DNA of 64,000 nucleotides from a virus (Duplodnaviria; Caudoviricetes): IMG/VR virus record IMGVR_UViG_3300030099_003199, positions 50,847 to 114,846 of that record; one strand, 5' to 3'. Shown piece by piece: positions 46,401 to 56,200 of this stretch (position 1 is its first letter; each line of letters starts with the position of its first letter). The notes under the pieces were generated by a model. It saw only the letters and a program-made list of their open reading frames with translations, ran no database searches and was not told where the DNA came from. The position numbers and the translations under genes were made by a program.

Positions 46401-46820
46401 ATCTTCCCAATATCTTTGACGTTCTTTATCAACTGGTGACTTTTTATAACTGTTAGCTAAAGCCATTTGATCTTTGTAAGTTTTTGTATATACAATATCT
46501 CTTACAATATGTTCATCTTCATAGAATGGTTTAAATAATCCTTTTGCAGCTTGCACATTTTGTGCTAATGAAAAATCTAATCCTGATATTTGTTGTATTT
46601 TAGGTGCAAGTCTTTTTGCATAATTGTCTCTAACTTCTTGATTATCTGATCTTGAAAGATCTGCGTATACAACATCACCATACAAATTATTTAATTGTTT
46701 GGTTGTTTTATTATACCTGTCTTGTCTAGAATCTAATGAGTCTGATAAAAACTTAAAATCAGGCGTGTAAGCCTGCATTTGAGGTACATAATCTTTTATG
46801 TTTGGTAGGTATGTTGCCAT
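43455..46820 (-). CDS. Large virion cargo/ejection protein (crAss-like)
   Basis: 1121 aa, helical, immediately upstream of the RNAP; starts MATYLPNIKDYVPQMQAYTPDFKFL. Confidence 0.7.
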   Translation of the reverse strand: MATYLPNIKDYVPQMQAYTPDFKFLSDSLDSRQDRYNKTTKQLNNLYGDVVYADLSRSDNQEVRDNYAKRLAPKIQQISGLDFSLAQNVQAAKGLFKPFYEDEHIVRDIVYTKTYKDQMALANSYKKSPVDKERQRYWEDGVQYMNYMMDDFQNKSRSESMSVPLPEYYENPNLYEKAMEVLNTGGPDGKGFKSIETYVDQTGQFIVTQENGIALLSKPTGRTIENPNFDPNKKESASNPKMIEETYNPAANLINQTITDDPTVVQGYQIMAYNDARKFYEEEAKKSGIPVDQLKRQWVETQLGQFEQETQEILDKENTELNKTNQELASWDAYVKEAPLIKDSEEYQKWFIAMTKGQTIQKGIDKLEQKRKNILNNPDVEDLDAYMNSGYAAFISNRLGKDIFTAARDYADLTSQHSFEESKIYIEKLRARNNENLARLKRSWKLNDEIQKALAEQDAATVIPTPIGGDARENIVDFGSRTEANANGELKAHRDINRRMIQTITAFYMAMADDLNTETNLDNMANYTVTPTNRTTGEIKTSGIFIPNLNANKLQFYRWEDAGQVLLDNPDLLEYHYNRVVQITKDPDMAASYKKGVNEGLRNTIGEMIGDVDMRTKKLGQVKDLQARVYKNVIESLDLSRIPVGLLDLNLQDLEIDFFDKDGYFKTDTEIFDGVYTGIAKEYLIGTNSTVDNASVTNLANQLREVLPLELPSVQELTDQFYDEKNRNWITKEQDPRSPATTDMLVKFSGGNAANIQGIMQGYYAGLLEPVADALGIRNPGGLLMQFYGQPDNADEPIKLAPEFQKVINIMKDEMSKVMDSETAIPFETTFDFNSFYYGNPTEGDIAIAPVIPFRYDAGTKDRIVNKELDRFFGAIDNMPDNQVFMTEGDAGAKFSMEFSENDRRTAELVLEAIRADRNYKPGGGAEQSGTPGYRIEYSSVGGGEEAGGQYAMYKFILDPDYAKKIASNIDVNFGDGFSKIKDQTITVFLNKDLFTNVDFDPEAQYRSYVKTLILDPTNQGTASLLVPNGGQVNFEMNQGIVYAKTARYRYDVNTGNMVLDDFVTTPMIDNTTGVPYSDQGIDKVYNQLQEQLQMFATENLQAQKNHKLTQGSADESENEE

Positions 46821-46824
46821 ATTA

Positions 46825-46838
46825 CAAAAATACTAAAA
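46825..46838 (-). promoter_or_regulatory. Putative promoter TTTTAGTATTTTTG (contains TAnnTTTG)
   Basis: 4 nt upstream of ATG 46820; hybrid of the phage motif and the Bacteroidota -7 box. Confidence 0.45.
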
Positions 46839-46879
46839 TTTTATAAGTTTTAATGTATAATAAATTAAACTCTTAAAGT

Positions 46880-49800
46880 TTATTCATTACCCATTATCCA
46901 ATTTCTTAATTTAATTCTACTGTTTATTAAATCTTTTTCTCTAACTGCTCCTCCATATTTAAATGATCCTCCATATCTACCAGATGTTGTATTATCATCA
47001 TTTTGATTATTATCTTCAATATTGTTATTTGCTATTTCATCTCTTGTATAATCAACACCTGATGGATTATTTACAGATTCCATTTTTAATTTAGCACAAT
47101 TTACAAGTTGATTATCTGGTACTCCTGACTTTCTACAAGATGCAATTGCATCTTCCAATGTTACAGGTTGTGTATTAGGATTACCTCTAAATGCTTCTAG
47201 TGCTGCAGCATTTTGAAAAATAGTTCTATGTTGCTGAGGATCAAAATAAAAGTTTGGATTTCTTAAATTGAGTTCATATAATTTATCAGCATTATCCATT
47301 CTAGTTATTTCTGCATCAACAAGGTTCATCATATCTTGTGCTTTCACATTATCATATTCTTGATCTACAGTATTAACCATATCCATATAATCTGACATAA
47401 ATTGATCATTCATTAACCTAGCTTTATTTTCTTCTGCAACATTATAAGCTTGGGTATTATCAAATATTTTAGTATTTGTTGCAAATCTATTAGCTTGAAT
47501 TTTATCAATTTGATCTTGTGCAGCACCTTGCACTTGAGAAGGATCTCTAGAAACAGCCATAGCTTGATTTGCTAAAGCAGTTTGAGCAGCTACAGCAGCT
47601 CTATCATCTACATAACCAGGATCTCTCATAAGAGGATCATAGTTTTGCATTCTTCCATATTTTTTATCTCTTTGCATTGTAAGTGCAGCTAATGCACCTA
47701 CTTTCATGTCATCACCTGGAAACGTTAAATATGGTGGAATTTCTCCTGGTGGTATTGTTTCTGGAACTTTAGCACATTCACAAGTTGCTTCTTCAAAAGG
47801 AAGACCTTTTTCCATACACTCTTGTATTTTTGCTTTTTTAGTTTCTTCATCACACTCATATTCAACTGTAGTTGTTTCTCTTCTTTCAGCATCAGTTACA
47901 GAAACAAATTGTTGACTTGTATTATCACCAACTTTACCATCAATTTTAGAAACAAATTTACCACTATTTGGTACAATTTCATAAGCACCCCCAGTATTAT
48001 CACTATAATTTACATTAACTTGTTTTAGTAAATTCTTTTGTTCTTCAGTACCAGTTTCTTTTACAGTAGCTAAGGCATTGTACATACCTTGATACATTTT
48101 AATTGTTTCTTCAGTAGGAACAGGCATTCCTAATCTTTCAGCATTTCTTTTTAATTGTGCTGTAATATCAGCATCTTTAAAACTTACACCAGATGAATAT
48201 GCTGCATTAAATAATATATTCATATCATTAAATGCTTTATATAATTCTCTTTCAGATTTACCTGTTATTTTATTAGGATCATCTAAATCTTTATATGCTT
48301 GTATCCATGCATCTCTAACTCCACTAAAGTTATCTTGTAACATGATCTCATAAAAATTTTGATGAGCATCTATACCTCTATCTACACTACTTTCAAATTC
48401 TGGATCAAAGTTTGGATTTTCTTTTCCAAGTTCAACAACAGAAAAACCACCATTTGGTCCTGGTTCCTGTGGTAAAAAACGTCCAGTAGGAGAGTTTCTA
48501 AAATAAGGATCTAATGATATTGGATAACCATCATTATCATCACCATAATAAAATGAATTTGGAAACATTGAATCTTCACCATTTCCTCCTTGATAAGTTG
48601 GTAACTCTTTACCTTCTTTAGCCATCATTAATTCAGGATTAAAATACTGATAATTAGGATCATTTAAATTTGCAGGAACATTTGTTTCTCCTACAAACTC
48701 TGATAATGGAATCATAGTGCTTTCTAAAAATTCTTTCTCAGTTAACATTTGTAATTGTGATTGTACTTGAGCTAAATTTTGATCTAACATCATCAACCTT
48801 TCTTCTAATCCTGCTTGAGCTTCTGGAGTAGAAAATTGTTCAGGATTTTGTTGATAAGCCATCATAATCATCTCTCTTTGTTGAGATAATTCTTTTTGTG
48901 CATTGACTAACGCTTGTATTTGTTGCTGATCTTGAGTCATTGCATTTGGATCTCCGCCATCTTGTTCTTCAGCCATAGCTTTTTTTATAGCGGCATCTTT
49001 TCTAGCTAAATAAGCTGCTTCTCCTTTTGGTCCACTATATGATCCACCTTCTTCAAATGGATTTATATAATTTATAAAATCTTTCATTCCTTGCATTGGA
49101 TCATCTACTACATAATCATAATCATCAGGAATAAAACCTTTTAATGTTTCTTTCCAACCAGGTAATGTTCCTACAGCCATTTTATTTGTAGTATTTGGTG
49201 TAGACTTAAACATATCAGAATGACCAGGCATTATAGGCGCTCCAGTTTCCATAGTATTTAAAAACATCATCTGTATTTCAGGTATATCTTTTAATCTATT
49301 TTTTGTTCTCCATGCATTATATTGCTCCATCATATCTGCAGGTATAATTGACGGTTGTCCACCATTTTGCATATTATCAATAATATTTTTTTGTACTGCT
49401 GGTGGTAATGCTTGAAATCCTTTATTAGTAGGCACTTCTTTACCTTCTTTACTATATATAAAATCACGTAATTCCATACCACCCATAGCCATACCCATTT
49501 GAGACATTGGAGGCATCATACCTTGAGGAGGCATACTTTGACCTTGTTGCATAGCCATATATTCTTCATGTGTTGCACCAGGATGTACTGTACCATCAGG
49601 CATAGTATGTGTTGGCATACCTTCTTGCATACCTTGAGCCATTTTTTGTTCAGATTGTTTTGCTTGTTCAATCTTCATTTCAAACTCTTTTGGATCTATA
49701 CCATTCTCTAATAAATATGGATACGCAGCTAATGGCAAACCTTCTTCAAAATCTTTTTTTCTTTCTTGCATAAAAGCAATTTGAGAAAGCTTTATTTTAT

Positions 49801-50245
49801 TCTTTTTTATCATAGCCTCAGCACTTTGAATTGCAATATCGTCTGAGCTAGGATCTTTAAGAACTTCCATATATTTGTTGATAGGAAACTTTTTAGAGAC
49901 TGCAGCAGGGGTAAGTCTTTTTGATGATGGTACTCCAAGTTCTTTGAGTTCTTCTTTTGTGAACTTCATTTTTCTTGTATCAGAATAAATAAAAGATTGT
50001 TCAGGTAAATTTAAAGGTGTACCACCATTTGAATGTCTTTTACCACCAATATTATATAACTCATAAAAACCATCTTGATCTGCATCAGTTAAAACAGTTT
50101 CATTTTTTTCTGCTTCAACATTAGCTTCATCACGTGGCACAGGTTGTAAAGTATTATTTACGGTACCACCTTCAGCCATTTTTTTAATTAACCTACCGTT
50201 TTTTATTTCAAATCCTTCTGGTATATTTTTTAATTTAATTTTCAT
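46880..50245 (-). CDS. Modular virion protein (ANVEAEK / GGKRHSNGG domain) with repeated xxGG linkers
   Basis: 1121 aa; N-terminal ANVEAEKNETV...GGKRHSNGGTPL; Met/Gln-rich low-complexity tract; linkers MAEGG, MAMGG, MQNGG, FEEGG, AKEGKELP, FKYGG. Confidence 0.7.
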   Translation of the reverse strand: MKIKLKNIPEGFEIKNGRLIKKMAEGGTVNNTLQPVPRDEANVEAEKNETVLTDADQDGFYELYNIGGKRHSNGGTPLNLPEQSFIYSDTRKMKFTKEELKELGVPSSKRLTPAAVSKKFPINKYMEVLKDPSSDDIAIQSAEAMIKKNKIKLSQIAFMQERKKDFEEGLPLAAYPYLLENGIDPKEFEMKIEQAKQSEQKMAQGMQEGMPTHTMPDGTVHPGATHEEYMAMQQGQSMPPQGMMPPMSQMGMAMGGMELRDFIYSKEGKEVPTNKGFQALPPAVQKNIIDNMQNGGQPSIIPADMMEQYNAWRTKNRLKDIPEIQMMFLNTMETGAPIMPGHSDMFKSTPNTTNKMAVGTLPGWKETLKGFIPDDYDYVVDDPMQGMKDFINYINPFEEGGSYSGPKGEAAYLARKDAAIKKAMAEEQDGGDPNAMTQDQQQIQALVNAQKELSQQREMIMMAYQQNPEQFSTPEAQAGLEERLMMLDQNLAQVQSQLQMLTEKEFLESTMIPLSEFVGETNVPANLNDPNYQYFNPELMMAKEGKELPTYQGGNGEDSMFPNSFYYGDDNDGYPISLDPYFRNSPTGRFLPQEPGPNGGFSVVELGKENPNFDPEFESSVDRGIDAHQNFYEIMLQDNFSGVRDAWIQAYKDLDDPNKITGKSERELYKAFNDMNILFNAAYSSGVSFKDADITAQLKRNAERLGMPVPTEETIKMYQGMYNALATVKETGTEEQKNLLKQVNVNYSDNTGGAYEIVPNSGKFVSKIDGKVGDNTSQQFVSVTDAERRETTTVEYECDEETKKAKIQECMEKGLPFEEATCECAKVPETIPPGEIPPYLTFPGDDMKVGALAALTMQRDKKYGRMQNYDPLMRDPGYVDDRAAVAAQTALANQAMAVSRDPSQVQGAAQDQIDKIQANRFATNTKIFDNTQAYNVAEENKARLMNDQFMSDYMDMVNTVDQEYDNVKAQDMMNLVDAEITRMDNADKLYELNLRNPNFYFDPQQHRTIFQNAAALEAFRGNPNTQPVTLEDAIASCRKSGVPDNQLVNCAKLKMESVNNPSGVDYTRDEIANNNIEDNNQNDDNTTSGRYGGSFKYGGAVREKDLINSRIKLRNWIMGNE

Positions 50246-50247
50246 AA

Positions 50248-53154
50248 TTATATAATTTCAAAATCAGCACCTGCTGCCATTAAATCTTTTATTAGTTTCA
50301 TATCTGCATCAATAATTTCATCACCTTGTTTTGCTTGCATTAATAATGTTTGTGGATCGTATGCAACTACAGCTTGGTTTAAGAATTTTTGTAAACTTCT
50401 GTAATCTGGTTCTGGCATACCTTTTGTTTCTGTACCCATTTGTGCAAGTTGTCCTTGAGGTCCATCACCATATCCTAAACTTGTAGCTCTATACAATCCG
50501 GTGTTAACATCAAAATCACCTTTATCACCTCTACTTGCTTCAATAGGATTCATAAAATCACTAACTTCATCTTGCTCATTTTCTGTTTCTAATTCATCTA
50601 TCTTTCTATTTCCTTCACCTAAAATAAAATTACCTACATCAGCTGCAATTGCTGCATATTTACCTGTTTCTCTAAGTAGTTGTTTACCTGCTCCTACAAT
50701 ACCTGTATTCATAAATGCATTTGCTTGATTATATGCTGAATCCATTTTTTGTTGTCTTTCATAAGCTTTTATTTCTTCTTCAGTCATATTAGCTTTTTGT
50801 TCATCAGTAAGATCTGGTTTACTAAAACTCATTTCTAAAGGAGCAGCTGGAGGAGCAGCTGGGTTTTCTGGTTCTACAACTGGTATATTAGTATTATCAA
50901 CAGGTTCACCTTCACTTATATTCATTGTAACAGGTTGATTAGGATTAGTTGGTACTTCTTGATTCATTCCAAGAGGATTCATATAATCTGGAGTTGGTAA
51001 ATCTAAATCTAATGGAGTACCACCAGCAATTTCATCCATAGAAGGAGCAGTTACAACAGGATTTACTGATTGTCCAGAAGTTGTAGCACCTGGATTAGTA
51101 GGACCTGAACCGTCTCCTTCATTATCTGCAAAGTTAAATTGATCAAATTGTGTAAATGGTCCTTGATTCATAAAATTAGGCCTTGAAGAATTTAAATTAT
51201 TTTGTGCTTCTTTAGATAATCTATCAAACTCTTCTTTAGTAACTTGTTGACCATTAAATGTATATGTCTTTTCACTTGTTTCACTTGGACCTACATTACC
51301 TTGAAATTTTGGTAAATTTTCTCCACCATCTTCAAATCCTGCACTAATTCCAAAACCATATCTAGGCGTGTTTGATAAAAAATCATAACTTACATCTGGA
51401 CTAGCAGAAATATTAAATCCACGTAAATTACCTTTTCCTCTAATTAATGGTATATTACCTTTAACACCTAAACGCATTCCTGGATTTATTGTTCTCATTG
51501 TACCATAGTTACCATATAAACCTCCTGAAAGTCCTGTACGTTGATTTCTTAAACCTGCATATGCACCTGCATCAAATCCAAACATAGATTCATCAGCTCT
51601 AATGTCAGGTGTTACTGAGTCAAAAATATTTATAGCTGCATCATTTGGCAAACCATGGAAATTATCAAATCTATCTACATATGCAAAATCAGAACCAAGT
51701 TCACCTCTGCTGTAATTTAATCCAATATCAGCACCTAAATCAATACCAACACCTCTACCAAGACCTCTTGATGAATAAGTATAATCACCACCAATACCTA
51801 TACGTTGACCTACATTAGTCATATAAGGAGCAGAATAATCTTGATATGCACCATATGCTGATTGTACATTTTGTAAATGTGGAGGTGCATTTTCCATCAT
51901 AATATCCATATCTGAATCTACATATTTTGTAGCATATTTTTCAGATCCTGGTGTTCTATATGCATTTGTTCCTATATTTATATTACCAACTAATTGTGAA
52001 GTTGGTGTTTTAAGTAATTGTCTTGAAATAAGAGGTACATTAATATTAAATCCACGTCCTTGTTGAACACCTTTATCAACAGCACCAAATGGTAAATTTC
52101 TTGTTATTCTATTTATTGGAGCTATGGTTTTAGTTCCTATAGTAACATTAGGATCTCTTAGTGTATAGTTTCTAAAATTACCTGTTCCAATTTGTGCTTT
52201 AGGTATTTCTTCTCCCCCATATATAAATGCAGCAAGATTATTTCTTGGAAAACCCCCTCCAGCTCTAAGATATTGACTAGCTTCATTTAATTCATCTTGA
52301 ACATTATATATATCTTCATATTCCATCTCTTCATATCTTGCATTTGGATCATACGTTCCTACTTCTTTTTTACCTTCATCATTATATCTTGAAAATTCTG
52401 TTACTTCTGTAAAATCATCATTAAATTTTATTCTTTGTGCATTTATATCTTTAATGTGATCTTGCACTTTATCACCAACTGTTCTAGTACCATCTGGATC
52501 AACATAAGTAACATTTCCAAATTTATCCATTTGTTTTTGACTTAACAAAGGATTTCCTTCATCATCAACATATGTTTCTGAATGTTGTTTTGCTAACTCA
52601 TTAAAATAATTAGCTCTAGCATCTTTTTGTGTTATAAATAAATTTTCAGCAGTATTTTTTTCATCTATAATATTTCCTTTTTTGTCATATGCATTAATAA
52701 GATTTTCCATATTAATTTGAACATTCCCATCTGTAGTATTAGTAAGTGTATTTCTAGCAAAATCCATTTTACTATAAGGCTTTCCTGTTTTAGGATTTAT
52801 GTTTGCAAGTGCATTTTTAAAATCTTTTCCTACATTTTTAAATTTACTTACTCCAGTTAAAAGAGCAGCTAATGGACTACTAGTTCTTAAAAATTCAGGT
52901 ACACCATATTCTACCTTTTCCCCAAAAAGTACATTACCAGGATTACTTGAATCTACATTGTATTTCATTAAGTATGGTGGAAGTTTTGTTTCTGTTCCTT
53001 CATCTGCTAATATTGTATCAGTCATATAATCATCATAACTAAAATACTCTGCACCATTTTTATATCTTGGCATGCCTGTAACATATTGATATTCAGGAAG
53101 CGTTGGATAAACTTTAGAAGTTTGAATATTTTTATTTTTATTATTTCTTTTCAT
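50248..53154 (-). CDS. Modular virion protein with internal beta-barrel-like module
   Basis: 968 aa; linkers ADEGTE, IYGGEEIPKAQIG, FEDGGENLPKFQG, AQMGTE, AKQGDE; C-terminal GDFDVNTGLYR. Confidence 0.7.
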   Translation of the reverse strand: MKRNNKNKNIQTSKVYPTLPEYQYVTGMPRYKNGAEYFSYDDYMTDTILADEGTETKLPPYLMKYNVDSSNPGNVLFGEKVEYGVPEFLRTSSPLAALLTGVSKFKNVGKDFKNALANINPKTGKPYSKMDFARNTLTNTTDGNVQINMENLINAYDKKGNIIDEKNTAENLFITQKDARANYFNELAKQHSETYVDDEGNPLLSQKQMDKFGNVTYVDPDGTRTVGDKVQDHIKDINAQRIKFNDDFTEVTEFSRYNDEGKKEVGTYDPNARYEEMEYEDIYNVQDELNEASQYLRAGGGFPRNNLAAFIYGGEEIPKAQIGTGNFRNYTLRDPNVTIGTKTIAPINRITRNLPFGAVDKGVQQGRGFNINVPLISRQLLKTPTSQLVGNINIGTNAYRTPGSEKYATKYVDSDMDIMMENAPPHLQNVQSAYGAYQDYSAPYMTNVGQRIGIGGDYTYSSRGLGRGVGIDLGADIGLNYSRGELGSDFAYVDRFDNFHGLPNDAAINIFDSVTPDIRADESMFGFDAGAYAGLRNQRTGLSGGLYGNYGTMRTINPGMRLGVKGNIPLIRGKGNLRGFNISASPDVSYDFLSNTPRYGFGISAGFEDGGENLPKFQGNVGPSETSEKTYTFNGQQVTKEEFDRLSKEAQNNLNSSRPNFMNQGPFTQFDQFNFADNEGDGSGPTNPGATTSGQSVNPVVTAPSMDEIAGGTPLDLDLPTPDYMNPLGMNQEVPTNPNQPVTMNISEGEPVDNTNIPVVEPENPAAPPAAPLEMSFSKPDLTDEQKANMTEEEIKAYERQQKMDSAYNQANAFMNTGIVGAGKQLLRETGKYAAIAADVGNFILGEGNRKIDELETENEQDEVSDFMNPIEASRGDKGDFDVNTGLYRATSLGYGDGPQGQLAQMGTETKGMPEPDYRSLQKFLNQAVVAYDPQTLLMQAKQGDEIIDADMKLIKDLMAAGADFEII

Positions 53155-53184
53155 AATTTGTATATAGACAATATGTTACACTAT

Positions 53185-53197
53185 TAATATACTAAAA
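53185..53197 (-). promoter_or_regulatory. Putative phage promoter motif TTTTAGTATATTA
   Basis: Intergenic, 30 nt upstream of ATG 53154; followed by ATAG-TGTAAC. Confidence 0.5.
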
Positions 53198-53220
53198 ATT
53201 AACTAATTTAACTAATTTTA

Positions 53221-56200
53221 CTACAATAACCCTAATGAGTTTAAATGCTGCTTTTCTGCATTAGATAAACTTTCACCTTGTCTACGTTTAAGGATTATCT
53301 TTTTTGTTCTTTCATGTTTAGATCTTATTTGATTTAATTTTGTTTCTATATCAATAACATTTATTTCAGCATCATTATCAGCTTCATAATAAACTCTACC
53401 TTCTATATCAGGTTCGTTTGTATATGATATAAAAGGTATATTGTTTGCATTATCAAATTCTTTTTTAACTGTATATCCGTTATTTAATTTTTGTTCACCT
53501 CCCATCTTAAACTCAGCTTTAAATATACCTTGTTTAAGCATTTGATTTATTAATCTACCAGGATTAGACAAAGACATTTTATTTTTATTAAATACAGATT
53601 TTTTATATTTTGTTTGTCCACCTTTCTTTTTGAATTTAATATTTTTAGTGTTGTTTTGTACATCTAATATAATATCAGCACCATAATGTGGACTAAAGTT
53701 TGTAATTTTACCAGCATCATCTTTAGTATAATGATAAGGTTTTCTTGGTACATTAAATTGTATATCTTTTACTTTAAATTGTGTTGTTGATGGTAATAAT
53801 AATTCTCTTTCACGGAATATACCTTTTTGATTTTTTGAAAATAATGGTGAGTCATATTTATTTACTAATGCATTTTGACTTAATGGAAAATCTTCAATAA
53901 TAAATCTATTACTTCCAAATCTATTTAAACCTGTATTAGCACCTACAGACCATGAAGATATATCACCAAGATTAAAAATTTTTCCAGATTTTAATGCATC
54001 TATATATAAATTAAGTTTATCCACATCACCATAATAATCTTTAGTAAAATAAAAATCTTTGCCAACAGGAACATCAGTAAATCCTTCAAACTCTCTTACT
54101 AATGTAAGAGGTTTATTTTGATCACCTTTAAATATAACTTTATTTGAATTAATAATATCATTTAATTGTGTTGCAAATCTATTATCAAAAGTATAAAGAG
54201 GAGTTCCATCTTTATTTATAAAAGAAGGTTCCATAGGAAAACTTACTTCTTTATTTTCTGGAAATGAAGAAAACTTAAATGGTTCAGAGTTTATAGTATA
54301 TTGAGTTATTAATTTATGATAATTATCTAAGTCTGAGCCAGATAAATTAGGAATATAAGTATTATCTAATGATCTATGCAACATTAAATTAGCACTATTT
54401 GCAACAGGAAGTGTAAGATCATCCATTAGCATACGTCCTGATATACCAAAAGCATCTTTAGATTTATTAAACATATATTTGTTATATGCATTTAATGCTT
54501 TTTGTGCTGCAGTTTTAAAAGTACCAAATTGTGCTATAGGTAACTCTGTACCATATTTTGTTTTTGGTGTTACCGTAATTTCTGGAAGCATACCTCCATC
54601 AATTGGTTGTTCTAGATTTTCAGCATATATAGGTGTATCATTGTTTTCATCTATTATATTTTTAATTGTACTTTTTACTCCACCTTTTACTGTACCTTTG
54701 GCTAAATTTTTACCAGTTGCTTGTAAACCAGCTTTTGTTAATCCTGCCATAGTTTTTCCACCTGGAATTGTAGATATTACAGCTCCTGTAGTTCCTTTAG
54801 CAAATTCTTTTTTTGCGGTATCATAATCACCTTGTGCATATGCCATAGCTGCATCACCAAAATCAATAGCTGCACTACTATATCCTGCAAATTGACTTAC
54901 TCCCGGTATACCTGTCATAGATACAGCATCAAGTCCTTTTTGCACAGTATCTTTATTATCTAGATATGTTTGTGTTGTAGACTTTCCTCCATAATCAGGA
55001 ATGAAACCTTGCTCTCCTTTAAAATAGCCTTTCCAATCAAAACCATCATGTTCACCTCCATGTTCTTTAATATTTGATATTGGTACAGGATCAAAAACAA
55101 AAGGTCTACCTGTCATTACTTCATATTCTAATTCTGATTTTATTCTTTCTTCAGGATTATTTGTAATCAAATAATTTTGATATTGGGCTTCTAAAGAAGG
55201 AGTTTCTAAAGTTGAACCTTTTCCTAATGTATTAGGATAGAGCATTGATCCTGTAAATGTTAGTAAAGGATTTTTTGCAAGAACAGCAGCACTTGGTATA
55301 AATCTTTTTAAAAATCTAGAATAAGCTATAATGTTTTCATCATTTTCACCACCATCTTTAGCTTGTCTTAGATTTCCAGAAATGTCATCACCTATTTCAT
55401 AATTTTGCGCTACAGCATTATTAATATCTATAATATCCTGATCATCAAAAAACTGAAACATTCTTTCAGTTGGTAAATTTGGACTAGGATTATCTTTAAT
55501 GTACTGTTTATATTGTTCAAGTATTTCAGGAGTTAAAACATCTTTACTATAATCATATCCAATAGTTCTATACATATCATATCTTAAAGCTTCTAAGTCT
55601 GCTTTTCTTTCATATACAGATTTATCATGAGAATTTGCATCATCAGAAACATTCATTCTGTCTTGTATATAATTATAATCATTTTCATTTAAATTAAAAT
55701 CTTTAATATACTTACTTGAACCCATTTGATGACCAAGTTCATGGGCTAATGTTGCTTCTAATTGTGATTTTAATTCAGCAGGAGTTCCTTCAAAGCCCAT
55801 ATCTATATTTAAACCTTGAATTTGTCTTGGATCTAATACAACATCTCCTTGTCTTGATCCTGATGTATAAGCTCTACTGCCTGTTTCACCTTTTATTAAT
55901 TTATTTCTAAGCTCTCTAAATGCTGGAACATCTAGGTGACCATATTGTGATTGTACTATAGCTTTAAATTGATCATCAGTAAATATATTTGGCTCAGCAT
56001 TATTTCTTGCTTCTCTACTATCATAACTTGCATCTGCTTCTGTTCTTTCCTCACCTATTCTTGTATAATAAGGATTTGCAAAAAATACATCTTTATAATC
56101 ATAATCTATACCTGAATTTTTATACTGATCATTTAAAAAAGTTACTTTATCAAGAATTTTTTTAATTAAATTAGGATCATCATCATAAGCCTCATTTCTA

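Noticed and set aside
43455-50245. Two adjacent ORFs of identical length (1121 aa) as a duplication
   Set aside because: No sequence similarity is visible; treated as coincidence.
53197-53220. Short direct repeat AACTAATTT x2 as an origin or iteron
   Set aside because: Only two low-complexity AT-rich copies; insufficient evidence.
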